A stretch of DNA of 48,787 nt from Nitrospinota bacterium (GCA_030754595.1 JASLZZ010000045.1:1-48787); one strand, 5' to 3'. Positions 25,763 through 35,051 are shown, numbered from the stretch's first letter. Notes: generated by a model not told the origin, from the sequence alone. Translations and numbers: made by a program.

Positions 25763-26968
25763 TCAGTCTCCTCCCCCCGGATAGGTGTAGCGGTGCGGGA
25801 CCACCTGGTCCGGCGCGATGACCGCCCCCGCCGCCAACGTATTCGACGCCCCCACATGGGCGCCGTCCCCGACGAAAGCGCCCAGCTTGTCCGATCCGGA
25901 ATTCACCATGCCGTCCTTGAGGGGCAGAACAATTTCAGTCCGATCCAGATTATGGTTCACGGTCAGCGTCCCCGACCCGATGTATGCGCCCTCGCCGACG
26001 ACGCTGTCGCCAATGTAGGAGAGGCGGCCCACCTGAACCTTGTCGAGCAGCACGCAATTTTTCAACTCCACCCCAAACCCGATGGTGCAACCAGCTCCGA
26101 TGGAGGTATTGGGCCTGACCAATACGCCGTTTCCGAGAAAGGAGCCCTTCCCGATAAAACAGGGTCCAAAAATCGAGGCGCCCGATTCGATGACGACTTC
26201 GGACTCGATCCACACCGGGCCCCGGAACTGAACCGCCCCCCGGAGCTGGACGGTCCCGCTGACGCGCGCCCCCGTCCATGTGCGCATCACCATCTGATTT
26301 CCCTTGAGCAGATCCCACGGCCGCTGGGCGTCCAGCCAGGGCTCCTCCCAGATGGCCGACCGCAGGCCCGTCGAGGAGATAATCTCGTTGAAGGATTCGA
26401 CCATCTCTTGGCCTTCGAGAAGATCGAAGAGTTTATAGGGCATCACAAAAACACCTGCAAGAACATAGTTCCCCACTTCCTTTTGGCTGGGTTTCTCGAC
26501 CAGGCGGGTGATGCGCATGTCGGCATCGAGATAGACGGTCCCGAAATTTTGGGCTTGGGGGGTGTGGCAGATCGCGGCCACCGGCTGATTGAAGGAGCCG
26601 AAGGTCTGGATGACGTGGCGGTAGATGTTCCCGGAGGTCAAGACATCGGCATAGACGAGCAGAAACCCTTCGCCCGGTTGAAAATGGTCTCGCGAGCGTC
26701 TGATCGCGTCCCGAATATCGGTGGGATCGTTCTGGCGGACATACTGAATCGTCATCCCGTGAGCCGCGCCGCCCGAAAAATAGTTAATGATTTTGTCGGC
26801 GCAGTGGCCCACAACCATCACGACGTCCGTCACCCCCGCGGCGCGAAGCTTCTCAAGGGCGCTATCGAGGAGTTTCTCCCCGGCCACCGGCAGCATGGCT
26901 TTTGGCCGCGTATCCGTGAAGGGGTAGAGGCCGGTGCCGCGTCCAGCAGCCAGAACCAATGCTCTCAC
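25763..26968 (-). CDS. archaeal-type bifunctional sugar-1-phosphate nucleotidylyltransferase/acetyltransferase (GlmU-like)
   Basis: LAAGRGT.LYPFTDTRPKAMLPVAG, LVEKP, PWDLL, then hexapeptide repeats GVELKN, LSYIGDSVVG, KLGAFVGD; GTG start at 26968 after AAGGA. Confidence 0.88.
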   Translation of the reverse strand: MRALVLAAGRGTGLYPFTDTRPKAMLPVAGEKLLDSALEKLRAAGVTDVVMVVGHCADKIINYFSGGAAHGMTIQYVRQNDPTDIRDAIRRSRDHFQPGEGFLLVYADVLTSGNIYRHVIQTFGSFNQPVAAICHTPQAQNFGTVYLDADMRITRLVEKPSQKEVGNYVLAGVFVMPYKLFDLLEGQEMVESFNEIISSTGLRSAIWEEPWLDAQRPWDLLKGNQMVMRTWTGARVSGTVQLRGAVQFRGPVWIESEVVIESGASIFGPCFIGKGSFLGNGVLVRPNTSIGAGCTIGFGVELKNCVLLDKVQVGRLSYIGDSVVGEGAYIGSGTLTVNHNLDRTEIVLPLKDGMVNSGSDKLGAFVGDGAHVGASNTLAAGAVIAPDQVVPHRYTYPGGGD

Positions 26969-27071
26969 ACTTAATTCCTTGGGAGGGTCGGAAAAACCTC
27001 CGGAAACGAGGGCCAAACCTGCGGGCGATCAATTTGGGGTGATTATAGCAAATCTCATTGATTTTTGGAGC

Positions 27072-27845
27072 CTAAGGGCCTTCCATCTCCCTGGCGGCGA
27101 AATAGGCCTCCGCACGCGAGAGATCGGCGGGGTTGTTGATCCCGCTCACCTCCTCGGGGATGGGCGCCGGAAACGCCTCCGCCGGGCGGTTTTCGGCCGC
27201 CGCCATCGCCACCACATCGGTCAAATAGTACTCCCCTTGGCGGTTTTCAGCCTGAAGGCGGAGGATAGCGCGGGCGAGAAAATCGAGGGCGAAAATATAG
27301 GCCCCCGAGTTGATTTCGGGGATGGCGCGCTCGGTCTCCGTCGCATCGGCGTCCTCGACTATCGCCGCCACCCGGCCCCGGGCGCCCCGCTCGCGCAGTA
27401 CCCGCCCGTAGCCGGAGGGATCGCCCATGATCGCCGTCAAAACGGTCACCGCCGCCGCCGCGGATCGGTGCCGGCGAATCAACTCGCCAAGCGTCTCCGG
27501 GCGCAAAAGGGGAACATCTCCGCAGAGAACCAGAACGTCCCCCGATTGATTCTCGAGCGCCGAGAGCCCGACCGAGGTCGCATGACCGGTCCCGAGCCGC
27601 TCGGCCTGATGGACAAAAACGAGGTCCGCCTCGTCCCCGCCAAACGAGGCGCGCACGGCTTCGGCCTGATGGCCCACCACGATAGCGATGGGCCCCGCGC
27701 CGGCGCGCCGGGCCGAAGCGACCACATGGTGAACGAGAGGCCTTCCGGCAAGGGGGTGAAGCACCTTCGCGAGAGGGGAGTTCATTCGTTTCCCCTGGCC
27801 GGCCGCGAGAATAATCGCGGCGAGAGGGGGAGGGTCTTGGGGCAA
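27072..27845 (-). CDS. GlmU N-terminal uridyltransferase domain only (UDP-GlcNAc pyrophosphorylase)
   Basis: ILAAGQGKRMNS.LAKVLH, QAERLGTGHA, GDVPLL, GYGR, IVE..DA, EINSG, NRQGEYYLTD, GINN; stops at 257 aa, before any beta-helix. Confidence 0.9.
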   Translation of the reverse strand: MPQDPPPLAAIILAAGQGKRMNSPLAKVLHPLAGRPLVHHVVASARRAGAGPIAIVVGHQAEAVRASFGGDEADLVFVHQAERLGTGHATSVGLSALENQSGDVLVLCGDVPLLRPETLGELIRRHRSAAAAVTVLTAIMGDPSGYGRVLRERGARGRVAAIVEDADATETERAIPEINSGAYIFALDFLARAILRLQAENRQGEYYLTDVVAMAAAENRPAEAFPAPIPEEVSGINNPADLSRAEAYFAAREMEGP

Positions 27846-27851
27846 CCCAGC

Positions 27852-29249
27852 TTACCTTTCCCGAGAGCGTGAGCGCCCTGGCACGCGGCGTACGAGACCG
27901 AGCTCGCTCAGCCTTCGGCGAAGGGTGTTCCGGTTCATCCCGAGAAGGCGGGCGGCCTTGAGCTGGTTCCCTCCGCTTTCATGAAGCACAAGCTCGAGAA
28001 GGGGCTTTTCAACGCTTCGGATGGTGTGCGAGTAAAAGTCACTTTCCTGTCCGTCGCGGAGACAGGCCACCGCCGAGGACAGGCGATCCCGGAAAAAGTC
28101 CTCGATATCACTCACCCGGTGGCTCTCGCCGGAAGGCTGCAGATTGTCCACCGAGATGGTTCTCCCGTCGGTCAGGAGATAGGCGCGCCAGAGAGAGAGT
28201 TCAAGCTGCGCCTCGTTCCCCCACCATTTCTCGGAGGAGAGAAACTCCTCGGCCGCCGGGGTGAGCGTCCTTCGATCTCCTCCGACGCGGGAGGAGAGTT
28301 CGTCGAGAATGGCGTTCGACAGGTCGGAAATATCCTTTCGGCGTTCGCGCAAGGGGGGAATGCGAACCACAAGGGCCTTCTTCTCTTTTTCGAGACGGGG
28401 CAAGAACTCATCCTGAAACAACCTCTCGGGATCCTGCGTCTGGCCTATAATCAGGCGGAATCCGGGATTTATTCCCTCAGCGACCCCGACATCGGCGAGG
28501 TGTTTTTGCATCTTAGGGGAGAGAAGCTGGGCATCCTCGATGAAGAGGCTCCCTCCGAGGCGAACAAGCTCTCCCTCGTCGCCCCGGCCCAAGTCCAGCC
28601 GCGTCAAAGCCTTGCCCAGCGCTGCCGCGGGCCTCTGGGAGGCCTCCCAGTGCAGGAGCGGGTGCCGCAGTCCCGGATACTGATGATGGACCGCCCGGGC
28701 CACCTGGAGGAAATTCGAGCCTTTCTCCCCGCGCACGATAATAATCCGGTACCTCTTACCCGCCCGCTTGATGAAACGATTGAGACGCTCGGCCGGGGCG
28801 CTCGTTCCTGGGACGCTGCTTTTGACCCCATTTTCACGGACCTCCCCCCGAAGCCAGCGGACTTCCCGGCGAAGGAGACCCTCCTCGTTGAGCGAGTGAA
28901 CGAACTGTACCACCTCATCGGGAAATACCTCGTCCACCAACACCGCGCGAGCGCCCGCCTTGAGCCCCAGCGGGGCCAGCCCCTTATCCCCCGGGGCCAG
29001 AATCAGGGCCATCGCCTTTCCAGCCTCCCGTACCTTTCGCAGCTGGGCGATTTGGCCTCGGTCGGATACGGCCACAAGCGCGAAGTCACAGTGCCCGAGC
29101 CGCGAGGCGGCGCTCTCCAGGCTAGCCGCCCTCTCGGTATGCATCCCCAGCCCCTGAAGATCGTCGAGCAACTTTTTCCGCCCATCGGTGAGCGGACCAA
29201 CGAACAGAAGGCGTCCGAGAGCGCTGGCGTTATTTTTCCGATCAGCCAC
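27852..29249 (-). CDS. NtrC-like (receiver-like/AAA+/Fis-HTH) regulator with degenerate AAA+ domain
   Basis: IPPLRERRKDI, W.GN..QL, intact GGNQLKAARLLGMNRNTLRRRL HTH; Walker A reads GEKGSNF and GAFTGA is absent; probable GTG start at 29249. Confidence 0.8.
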   Translation of the reverse strand: MADRKNNASALGRLLFVGPLTDGRKKLLDDLQGLGMHTERAASLESAASRLGHCDFALVAVSDRGQIAQLRKVREAGKAMALILAPGDKGLAPLGLKAGARAVLVDEVFPDEVVQFVHSLNEEGLLRREVRWLRGEVRENGVKSSVPGTSAPAERLNRFIKRAGKRYRIIIVRGEKGSNFLQVARAVHHQYPGLRHPLLHWEASQRPAAALGKALTRLDLGRGDEGELVRLGGSLFIEDAQLLSPKMQKHLADVGVAEGINPGFRLIIGQTQDPERLFQDEFLPRLEKEKKALVVRIPPLRERRKDISDLSNAILDELSSRVGGDRRTLTPAAEEFLSSEKWWGNEAQLELSLWRAYLLTDGRTISVDNLQPSGESHRVSDIEDFFRDRLSSAVACLRDGQESDFYSHTIRSVEKPLLELVLHESGGNQLKAARLLGMNRNTLRRRLSELGLVRRVPGRSRSRER

Positions 29250-29610
29250 GGGCGTTCTCCGAAAATACCTCAGTGCGGAACAGGGGGCCCCGGGGTGATA
29301 CCCCCTCGAAGACGACCGGGCCTCCCACCGTGGGGTGGCCCACCTCAGGGAGGTCCGCCCCGAACCCATCGAGCCGGCAGAGTACACGGCCGGCACCCTC
29401 CAAATCGACGAGGGCGAGCGTATAGGGAGCGTCCATCTCCTCCGGAGCGACATGGACAACCGAAAAAGCGTAAATATTTCCCCGCCCCGACACCTTTTTT
29501 TCTTCAAGGGGCGCGCCGCAGTAGCCGCAACTCCCGCCACCCCCGAAATTCACCCGTCCACAGCCAGTGCACGAGAAAACAGGCACCGCCGCCGCGGTCC
29601 TCTCCATCAC
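29242..29610 (-). CDS. DUF35 Zn-ribbon/OB-fold protein (thiolase partner)
   Basis: CTGCG...CGYCG, GRGNIYAFSVVH, PYTLALVDL; start overlaps the thiolase stop. Confidence 0.88.
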   Translation of the reverse strand: MMERTAAAVPVFSCTGCGRVNFGGGGSCGYCGAPLEEKKVSGRGNIYAFSVVHVAPEEMDAPYTLALVDLEGAGRVLCRLDGFGADLPEVGHPTVGGPVVFEGVSPRGPLFRTEVFSENARG

Positions 29611-30767
29611 CCGCCCGCCGCGAGGATATGAACCGCGCAGGTCGCCCCCGAGCCGCCGAGGTTGTGGGCGAGGCCCACCTCGGCGCCTCGGACCTGGCGC
29701 GGTCCCGCCTCGCCCCGGAGCTGGCGCACAAGCTCACATATCTGGGCCACCCCGGTAGCGCCCACGGGATGTCCCTTGGCCTTGAGGCCGCCGCTCGTGT
29801 TCACGGGCATCGCTCCACCCAGGGCTGTCTCCCCCTCGCTAGCACCCCTGGCTCCCTCCCCTTTGCGGTAAAAACCGATGTCCTCGAGTGCCAGAATCTC
29901 AGCGATGGTGAAGCAGTCGTGAACCTCGGCGAGGTCGATCTCCTCGGGCTGTATCCCGGCGCTTTGAAAGGCTTCCTCGGCGGCCCGGACGGTGGCCCGA
30001 AACCGGGTGATATCGCCCTTGTCGGCGAGCGCCGGCGAGTCCGAAGCCTGAGCCGAGGCGAGGAGGCGGACCGGATCGGGGCGAAGGTCGGCGGCCAATT
30101 CACTGGCGCAGAGCAGCACGGCGGCGGCCCCGTCGCTGATCGGAGCGCAGTCGAAGAGCCTGAGGGGCGTGGCCACCTCCCTGGCCGAGAGAGCCTCCTC
30201 CTTGGTAATTTCTTTTTGAAAATGCGCGTCCGGGTTGAAGTGGCCGTGAGCGTGGTTCTTGACGGCCACATCCGCCAAATCCTCGGGCGTGGTCCCGTAC
30301 TCATGCATATGCCGCCGGGCAATCAAGGCGAATAGTGCCGGGAAGGTGGCGCCGAGGGAAGCTTCGCACTCAAATTCGCCGGCTGCCGCGAGAATCTCCG
30401 CTGTCCTCTCGGACCCGGCCGAGGTCATCTTCTCCACCCCCGCTACCAGAACGATATCGGCCGCTCCCGACGCGACCGCAAGCGCGCCCTGCCGCACAGC
30501 TAGACCGCCCGAGGCGCACGCCCCCTCGACCCGGGTACAGGGAACGGGCCCCAGCCCCGCGGCATGGGCTACAGACGGGGCCAAATGATTCTGGCCGGTG
30601 AAGGCCTGGCTCGCGAAATTTCCCAGAAAAAACGCCTCGACCCGTTCAGGGCCGACACCCGCGTCCTCTATCGCGGCGCGGCAAGCCTCGGCGCCCAGCC
30701 GCACAACACTCTCGGTCCGCACCCCAAAGGAGGTGATGCCGATCCCGGCGATGGATACGCTTCTCAT
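29607..30767 (-). CDS. thiolase (SCP2/archaeal-type)
   Basis: RVEGACASGG, KNH.HG..NPDAH, EVHDCF, GHPVGATG, HNLGG. Confidence 0.93.
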   Translation of the reverse strand: MRSVSIAGIGITSFGVRTESVVRLGAEACRAAIEDAGVGPERVEAFFLGNFASQAFTGQNHLAPSVAHAAGLGPVPCTRVEGACASGGLAVRQGALAVASGAADIVLVAGVEKMTSAGSERTAEILAAAGEFECEASLGATFPALFALIARRHMHEYGTTPEDLADVAVKNHAHGHFNPDAHFQKEITKEEALSAREVATPLRLFDCAPISDGAAAVLLCASELAADLRPDPVRLLASAQASDSPALADKGDITRFRATVRAAEEAFQSAGIQPEEIDLAEVHDCFTIAEILALEDIGFYRKGEGARGASEGETALGGAMPVNTSGGLKAKGHPVGATGVAQICELVRQLRGEAGPRQVRGAEVGLAHNLGGSGATCAVHILAAGG

Positions 30768-30781
30768 ATCTCCCCAACCTT

Positions 30782-32110
30782 CTATTTTTCCGGGTTTCGG
30801 AGATCGACGAACCGCTGGGCCTTGAACGTCGTTCGCTCGAAGGAGCCGGGAGCGCGAATTTCGACCTCCGGCGTCACCTGCAGGGCGCCCCTGAGCTTTT
30901 CACCTAAATTTTCGGCCATGGCGCCGCCCACCTCCCCGGTGGCCGCCTCGGCGACGACCACACAGCGGTCCCGGCCCGTCTCCTCGTCCGAGAGGAACTC
31001 GATGCGGAATTCATTGCTCAACTCCGGGAAACTCCGCACCACGTCCTCCACCTGGACGGGATAGAATTTCGCCCCCCGGTAGATGACGAGATCGTCGTGG
31101 CGTCCGAGCACCCCGCCCGGAGAGCGTCTGTGGGTGCGCCCGCAGGCGCTCGGTGCGCTCTCGAGCCGCGCGTAGTCGTTCGTCCAGTAGCGGAGCATCG
31201 GGGTCGCCTCGCGGGTGAGATGGGTGATCACGAGAATCCCCACCTCCCCCTCAGGCACAGGCTTTCGGGTTTCGGGGTCGAGCACCTCGACGATGTGGTG
31301 GTCCTCCGCCCAGATAAGCCCGGACTTCGCCACCGACTCGCTCGCGAAGGTGGGTCCAATCTCGCCGAGGCCAAAGTAGTCGTAGGCGTCAATACCGAGC
31401 GCCCCCTCGATGCGGGAGCGCGTTGCCGGGTTTTGGGTTCCTCCTTCGCCGCCAAAACCACCGATCTTGAGTTGTTGGGGGTCTACTCCACTCTCGCGGA
31501 GCTTCTCGCCGATGTAGAGACCGAAACTCGGGGTACTGAGAATCACCGTGGAGCCGATTGTGTTCATATAGAAAATTTGACGCCCGGTCTCGGTCGCTCC
31601 GATGGGAATGACAAAACAGCCGATTTTCTGGGTGGCGTAATGAACGCTCATCCCCGCCACCCAAAGGCCATAGCTGAAGGCGTTCTGGACGATATCCCCG
31701 GGACGTACCCCAAAGCTCCACATCGTCCGGGCGGTGAAATCGGCTATATTTTCGACGTCTTTTCGGCTCCAAATCGTCCCCACCGGGACACCCGTCGTCC
31801 CCGTCGAGGGATGAAGCTCGCCCCAATCCCCGGGAGGCGCAACGGCATAGCGCCCAAAGGGCGGGTGGTTTTTCTGCTCCACGCGGAGCTCTTGTTTAGT
31901 GACGGGAGGGATTTTTTCGATGTCGTCGAGGGAGCGGATGCTCTCGGGGCCCAGCCCGGCCCCGTCCAACCGTTCGCGGTAAAACGGGGAGCCCTCCCAA
32001 CACCTGCGGACCTGCCATCTCAGGCGCTCGAGTTGAAGCGAGGCGAGTTCATCGCTCCCCATCCGCTCTATTTTTTCGTCCCAGAAATCGCCCCTCGGCG
32101 CTTCGGTCAT
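30782..32110 (-). CDS. phenylacetate--CoA ligase (PaaK) family acyl/aryl-CoA ligase
   Basis: STGTTG, QNAFSYGLW.AG, STPSF, FGLGEIGP, TREATPMLRY.T.D, GRHDDL; substrate unknown. Confidence 0.9.
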   Translation of the reverse strand: MTEAPRGDFWDEKIERMGSDELASLQLERLRWQVRRCWEGSPFYRERLDGAGLGPESIRSLDDIEKIPPVTKQELRVEQKNHPPFGRYAVAPPGDWGELHPSTGTTGVPVGTIWSRKDVENIADFTARTMWSFGVRPGDIVQNAFSYGLWVAGMSVHYATQKIGCFVIPIGATETGRQIFYMNTIGSTVILSTPSFGLYIGEKLRESGVDPQQLKIGGFGGEGGTQNPATRSRIEGALGIDAYDYFGLGEIGPTFASESVAKSGLIWAEDHHIVEVLDPETRKPVPEGEVGILVITHLTREATPMLRYWTNDYARLESAPSACGRTHRRSPGGVLGRHDDLVIYRGAKFYPVQVEDVVRSFPELSNEFRIEFLSDEETGRDRCVVVAEAATGEVGGAMAENLGEKLRGALQVTPEVEIRAPGSFERTTFKAQRFVDLRNPEK

Positions 32111-32388
32111 CTTCGTCCTGGCTCTTTATATGTTGAAATACAATATCGTCCACCGCTTCACAAGTGAAAATGAAACGGTCATTTTTTCCCCCGGTCTGAT
32201 TTTTACTTGAGGTGCGGATTCCTGGATCGCTAAAAAAGCGTATGCACATGAATCTCACCCCTCCCGGATGTGGCCGATTCAGCCATGTGAAAATCTTCCG
32301 CCACGAACGAGCAAGAACCGAATTTTCACACAGCCTTAATCACAGAGAGAATGCCTTGAATTTTCCTCGTCGATTTAACAGGTGATTA

Positions 32389-32417
32389 ACGCTAGCACAC
32401 CGCAAAATACCATGCAA
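32389..32417 (-). promoter_or_regulatory. sigma70-type promoter upstream of the PaaK-thiolase module
   Basis: - strand TTGCAT, 17 nt, TAGCGT with an extended TGn. Confidence 0.55.
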
Positions 32418-32434
32418 TAGATTCTGCTGTGTGA

Positions 32435-32486
32435 AGTGAATTTTTTCACGAATTTTTTTGAGAGAAATGTGAAGGAAATCACATAT
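32435..32486. promoter_or_regulatory. two CRP/FNR-family boxes
   Basis: AAATGTGA-AGGAAA-TCACATAT (32465..32486; perfect TGTGA-N6-TCACA) and AGTGA-N6-TCACG (32435..32450), centres 33 bp apart. Confidence 0.6.
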
Positions 32487-32492
32487 CGAAGG

Positions 32493-34367
32493 TCAGGCGG
32501 TGATGCTGGTCCCCGCGGCGCGCGGATCGGCCACGGCCTGAATCAGGGCCGGGAGAATCTCCTCAAGTTCCGCTCCAGGTGATATATCCATAACAAAACC
32601 ATCGATCAACTCGCGCCTGAGCCAGCTGGCGATGACGACCGCCTCCTCGAGCGCTTCCTTTCCTGGAGTGGTAGCCTGCGCCTCTTCTCCGAAATAGGCC
32701 GCTTGAATCCTCGCCGCGAGTTCATCGACGGGAGGTGCAATACGTTCAAACTCAAGTTCATCCACCAGGATTCCGCCCCGGACGATATAGCAGACTCGCC
32801 GCTGCATCGTTCCGCCCGGCTCGACAATGATGATATTTCGCTGTTCGACGGAAGGACCCGAGAGAGAATGATTCTTGACCAAATGCCGCAACCTGCCCAA
32901 ATTGCGCTTCAGTTGGCCGGGCGAGGGGGCCTTTTTCCCCCAGGCCTCCCGTAAAAAGGCGAGCAGGCTATCCTCGCTGGTCCGCCGCATGCGCCCTTCG
33001 AGCATCCTCTGGAGGCGAGCGATCATCTTTTTGTATTGCGCGACCGGAATTTCCGGGACCACTCCGCCCGAATCCGCCTCCTGTCCTCCGGAATCCTTGC
33101 CGGAACGCGGGACGCGGTGGAGCGGAAAAACAGCGTGTATCGCGCCTAAAAGGTCTCTAAGCTGGGCTTGCTTTCTGAAAGGTCCATAGTAGGCGCCGCC
33201 GTCCACAGCCAGATTGTTCACGGAATAGGCCCGGGGAAATTGGCTGCCGAGTGAAATTTTGAGGAATCCGGTCCCTCCTACCTGACCGGCGCCGTTCATT
33301 CCCTTCGAGTTCCGCCGAATCCGGACCGCTTGAAGGCTCATCCCCAATTCGCTCTCCAGCGGTTGTGCCACGACTTTTCGGACTGTGCGCAGCTTCTGGA
33401 CGAATTTCGTCGCCGATCGGTTCTTGGGATAAAAAATATCGCGGACCGCCCGCTGGATGTCGGGCGCCTTCCCCGAGTAGACCGTCTCGCTCTTCTCGTT
33501 CAGGAGACGGAACACCCCCCGGTCGGTGGGCAGATCGTTCAGCGTGGCGGGGTCGATGGAGACCCCTTCGGCGAGAGACGGGGCTTCCGCCGTTGCGACA
33601 TCCTGAAAATCGAGCATATCCTCGAGCGACTCGAGCCCGAACGCCTGGAGCATTCGCAGGAAGCGAATGAAAATCTCCGCCGTCGTCTTTGAATCTCCCA
33701 ACGCCCGGTGGCGATCGTTTTCCGAATCATCCAGGCTGATGAACGAGGCCAACTCTCCGAGGTTGTACCGCCCGGCCTTGGGGAGGAGCCGCTGAGCCAG
33801 CTTGAAGGTGCACAGAACAGGCGGCGCGAATTCCCGCCCGAGGTACTCGGTTGTGAAATATCGAATAAAATGAAGATCGAAGTTGGCGCAATGGGCAACG
33901 AAAACGGTGTCCTCGAGAAAATCAAGGAACGAGGGAAGCACTTCGGTCAACTCGGGTTGATCCAAAACCATGGCATCGGTGATACCTGTCAGGCGAACGA
34001 CGCTCCAGGGGATCTCCCGGCCCGGATTCACCAGAGCGTGGTATTCGCCGGTAATCTTCCCGTCGCGCACCTTCACCGCCGCCAGTTCGGTGGGCCGGTG
34101 TTGGGGAGGCCGACCGCCGGTGGTCTCGATATCCACAACGGCGAAGGTGACGTCCGGAAGAAACCGTGATTTGAGAAGAGGCTCAAGCGCTAGCCAGCGC
34201 CCTTTATCGTCTTGTGTGAAATGGGGATTTGATTCCAGGTAGGGACCGAGGATGGCACCAGCGGAATCTTCTTTCAATCCTTCTGCTTTCAATATTTTGC
34301 GGGCTAATTCCGCGCAAGAAACGTGCTTTCCTTCTTGCTTGAGCGCCCGGTGGATAGTCTGTCTCAT
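32493..34367 (-). CDS. DEDDh 3'-5' exonuclease (DnaQ-like) fused to a degenerate GIY-YIG/UvrC-like region
   Basis: VVDIETTG, AH.ANFD, HRALGD; then LP..RGVFRL......VYSGKA and YYGPF. Confidence 0.85.
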   Translation of the reverse strand: MRQTIHRALKQEGKHVSCAELARKILKAEGLKEDSAGAILGPYLESNPHFTQDDKGRWLALEPLLKSRFLPDVTFAVVDIETTGGRPPQHRPTELAAVKVRDGKITGEYHALVNPGREIPWSVVRLTGITDAMVLDQPELTEVLPSFLDFLEDTVFVAHCANFDLHFIRYFTTEYLGREFAPPVLCTFKLAQRLLPKAGRYNLGELASFISLDDSENDRHRALGDSKTTAEIFIRFLRMLQAFGLESLEDMLDFQDVATAEAPSLAEGVSIDPATLNDLPTDRGVFRLLNEKSETVYSGKAPDIQRAVRDIFYPKNRSATKFVQKLRTVRKVVAQPLESELGMSLQAVRIRRNSKGMNGAGQVGGTGFLKISLGSQFPRAYSVNNLAVDGGAYYGPFRKQAQLRDLLGAIHAVFPLHRVPRSGKDSGGQEADSGGVVPEIPVAQYKKMIARLQRMLEGRMRRTSEDSLLAFLREAWGKKAPSPGQLKRNLGRLRHLVKNHSLSGPSVEQRNIIIVEPGGTMQRRVCYIVRGGILVDELEFERIAPPVDELAARIQAAYFGEEAQATTPGKEALEEAVVIASWLRRELIDGFVMDISPGAELEEILPALIQAVADPRAAGTSITA

Positions 34368-34689
34368 GAATGCAAAAATTACCGAAGGAACAATAAGTTC
34401 TGGGCAGTGCCACCTTGAGGCATCGTATCAGAATCGCCCGGCTCGTTCAAAGGAATAGCCCTTTAGGTGGCCGGGGGGGAATTGTCCGGGCGAATCCCCC
34501 ATGCGGGCGGGAGATTCCCGCTCCACGGGGACAAAATTACAATCAGACCGGTTCCGGGAAATCTGGCCAAATTGTCCGAAAATCACCCCTCGAGGCCCCC
34601 ACCGGAGTTCATGCCTCACCATTCACCCCGTTCCCGTGATTTGGTATAACCCCTTGAAGCCGATTCCCCTACCACCAGAGGTTGGAAAA

Positions 34690-35046
34690 TTGTTCGGAAG
34701 CATCGGAGTCCCGGAACTGATTATTATTTTCGTCGTGGCCCTCGTCGTAATTGGGCCCAAGCGTTTGCCCGATCTCGCCAAGACCCTCGGAAAAACGTTG
34801 AGGGACTTCAAACGTGCGACCTCGGACTTTCAGGATTCCATCAACCTCGACTCGGACTTTGAGACCGAGGAAACCTCGAGCGCCAAGTCCTCCACCCTAA
34901 GCGCAGCTGCAGAAGAAAAGGAACCGAACCGTATCGATCCCCATTCGCCGACGGATTCCCCAAATACGGACGAGGCCTCCACAACTGCTCCCCCCCCAAC
35001 CTCCTCCGACGACTCGACCGACGAGCCTCCCAAGGAGAGGGCCTAA
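34690..35046 (+). CDS. tatB: twin-arginine translocase TatA/TatB subunit
   Basis: [40 protein letters not shown] start at 34690; directly before tatC. Confidence 0.85.
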   Translation: MFGSIGVPELIIIFVVALVVIGPKRLPDLAKTLGKTLRDFKRATSDFQDSINLDSDFETEETSSAKSSTLSAAAEEKEPNRIDPHSPTDSPNTDEASTTAPPPTSSDDSTDEPPKERA

Positions 35047-35051
35047 GCGAC

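Noticed and set aside
25762..27071. glmS ribozyme
   Set aside because: glmS starts 1 nt after the upstream gene's stop, leaving no leader.
29250..29540. N-terminal 97 aa of the 562-aa regulator ORF
   Set aside because: Overlaps the DUF35 gene in another frame; GTG 29249 is the plausible start.
27981..30335. 784-aa + strand ORF
   Set aside because: Antisense shadow of three recognisable - strand genes in GC-rich DNA; no motifs.
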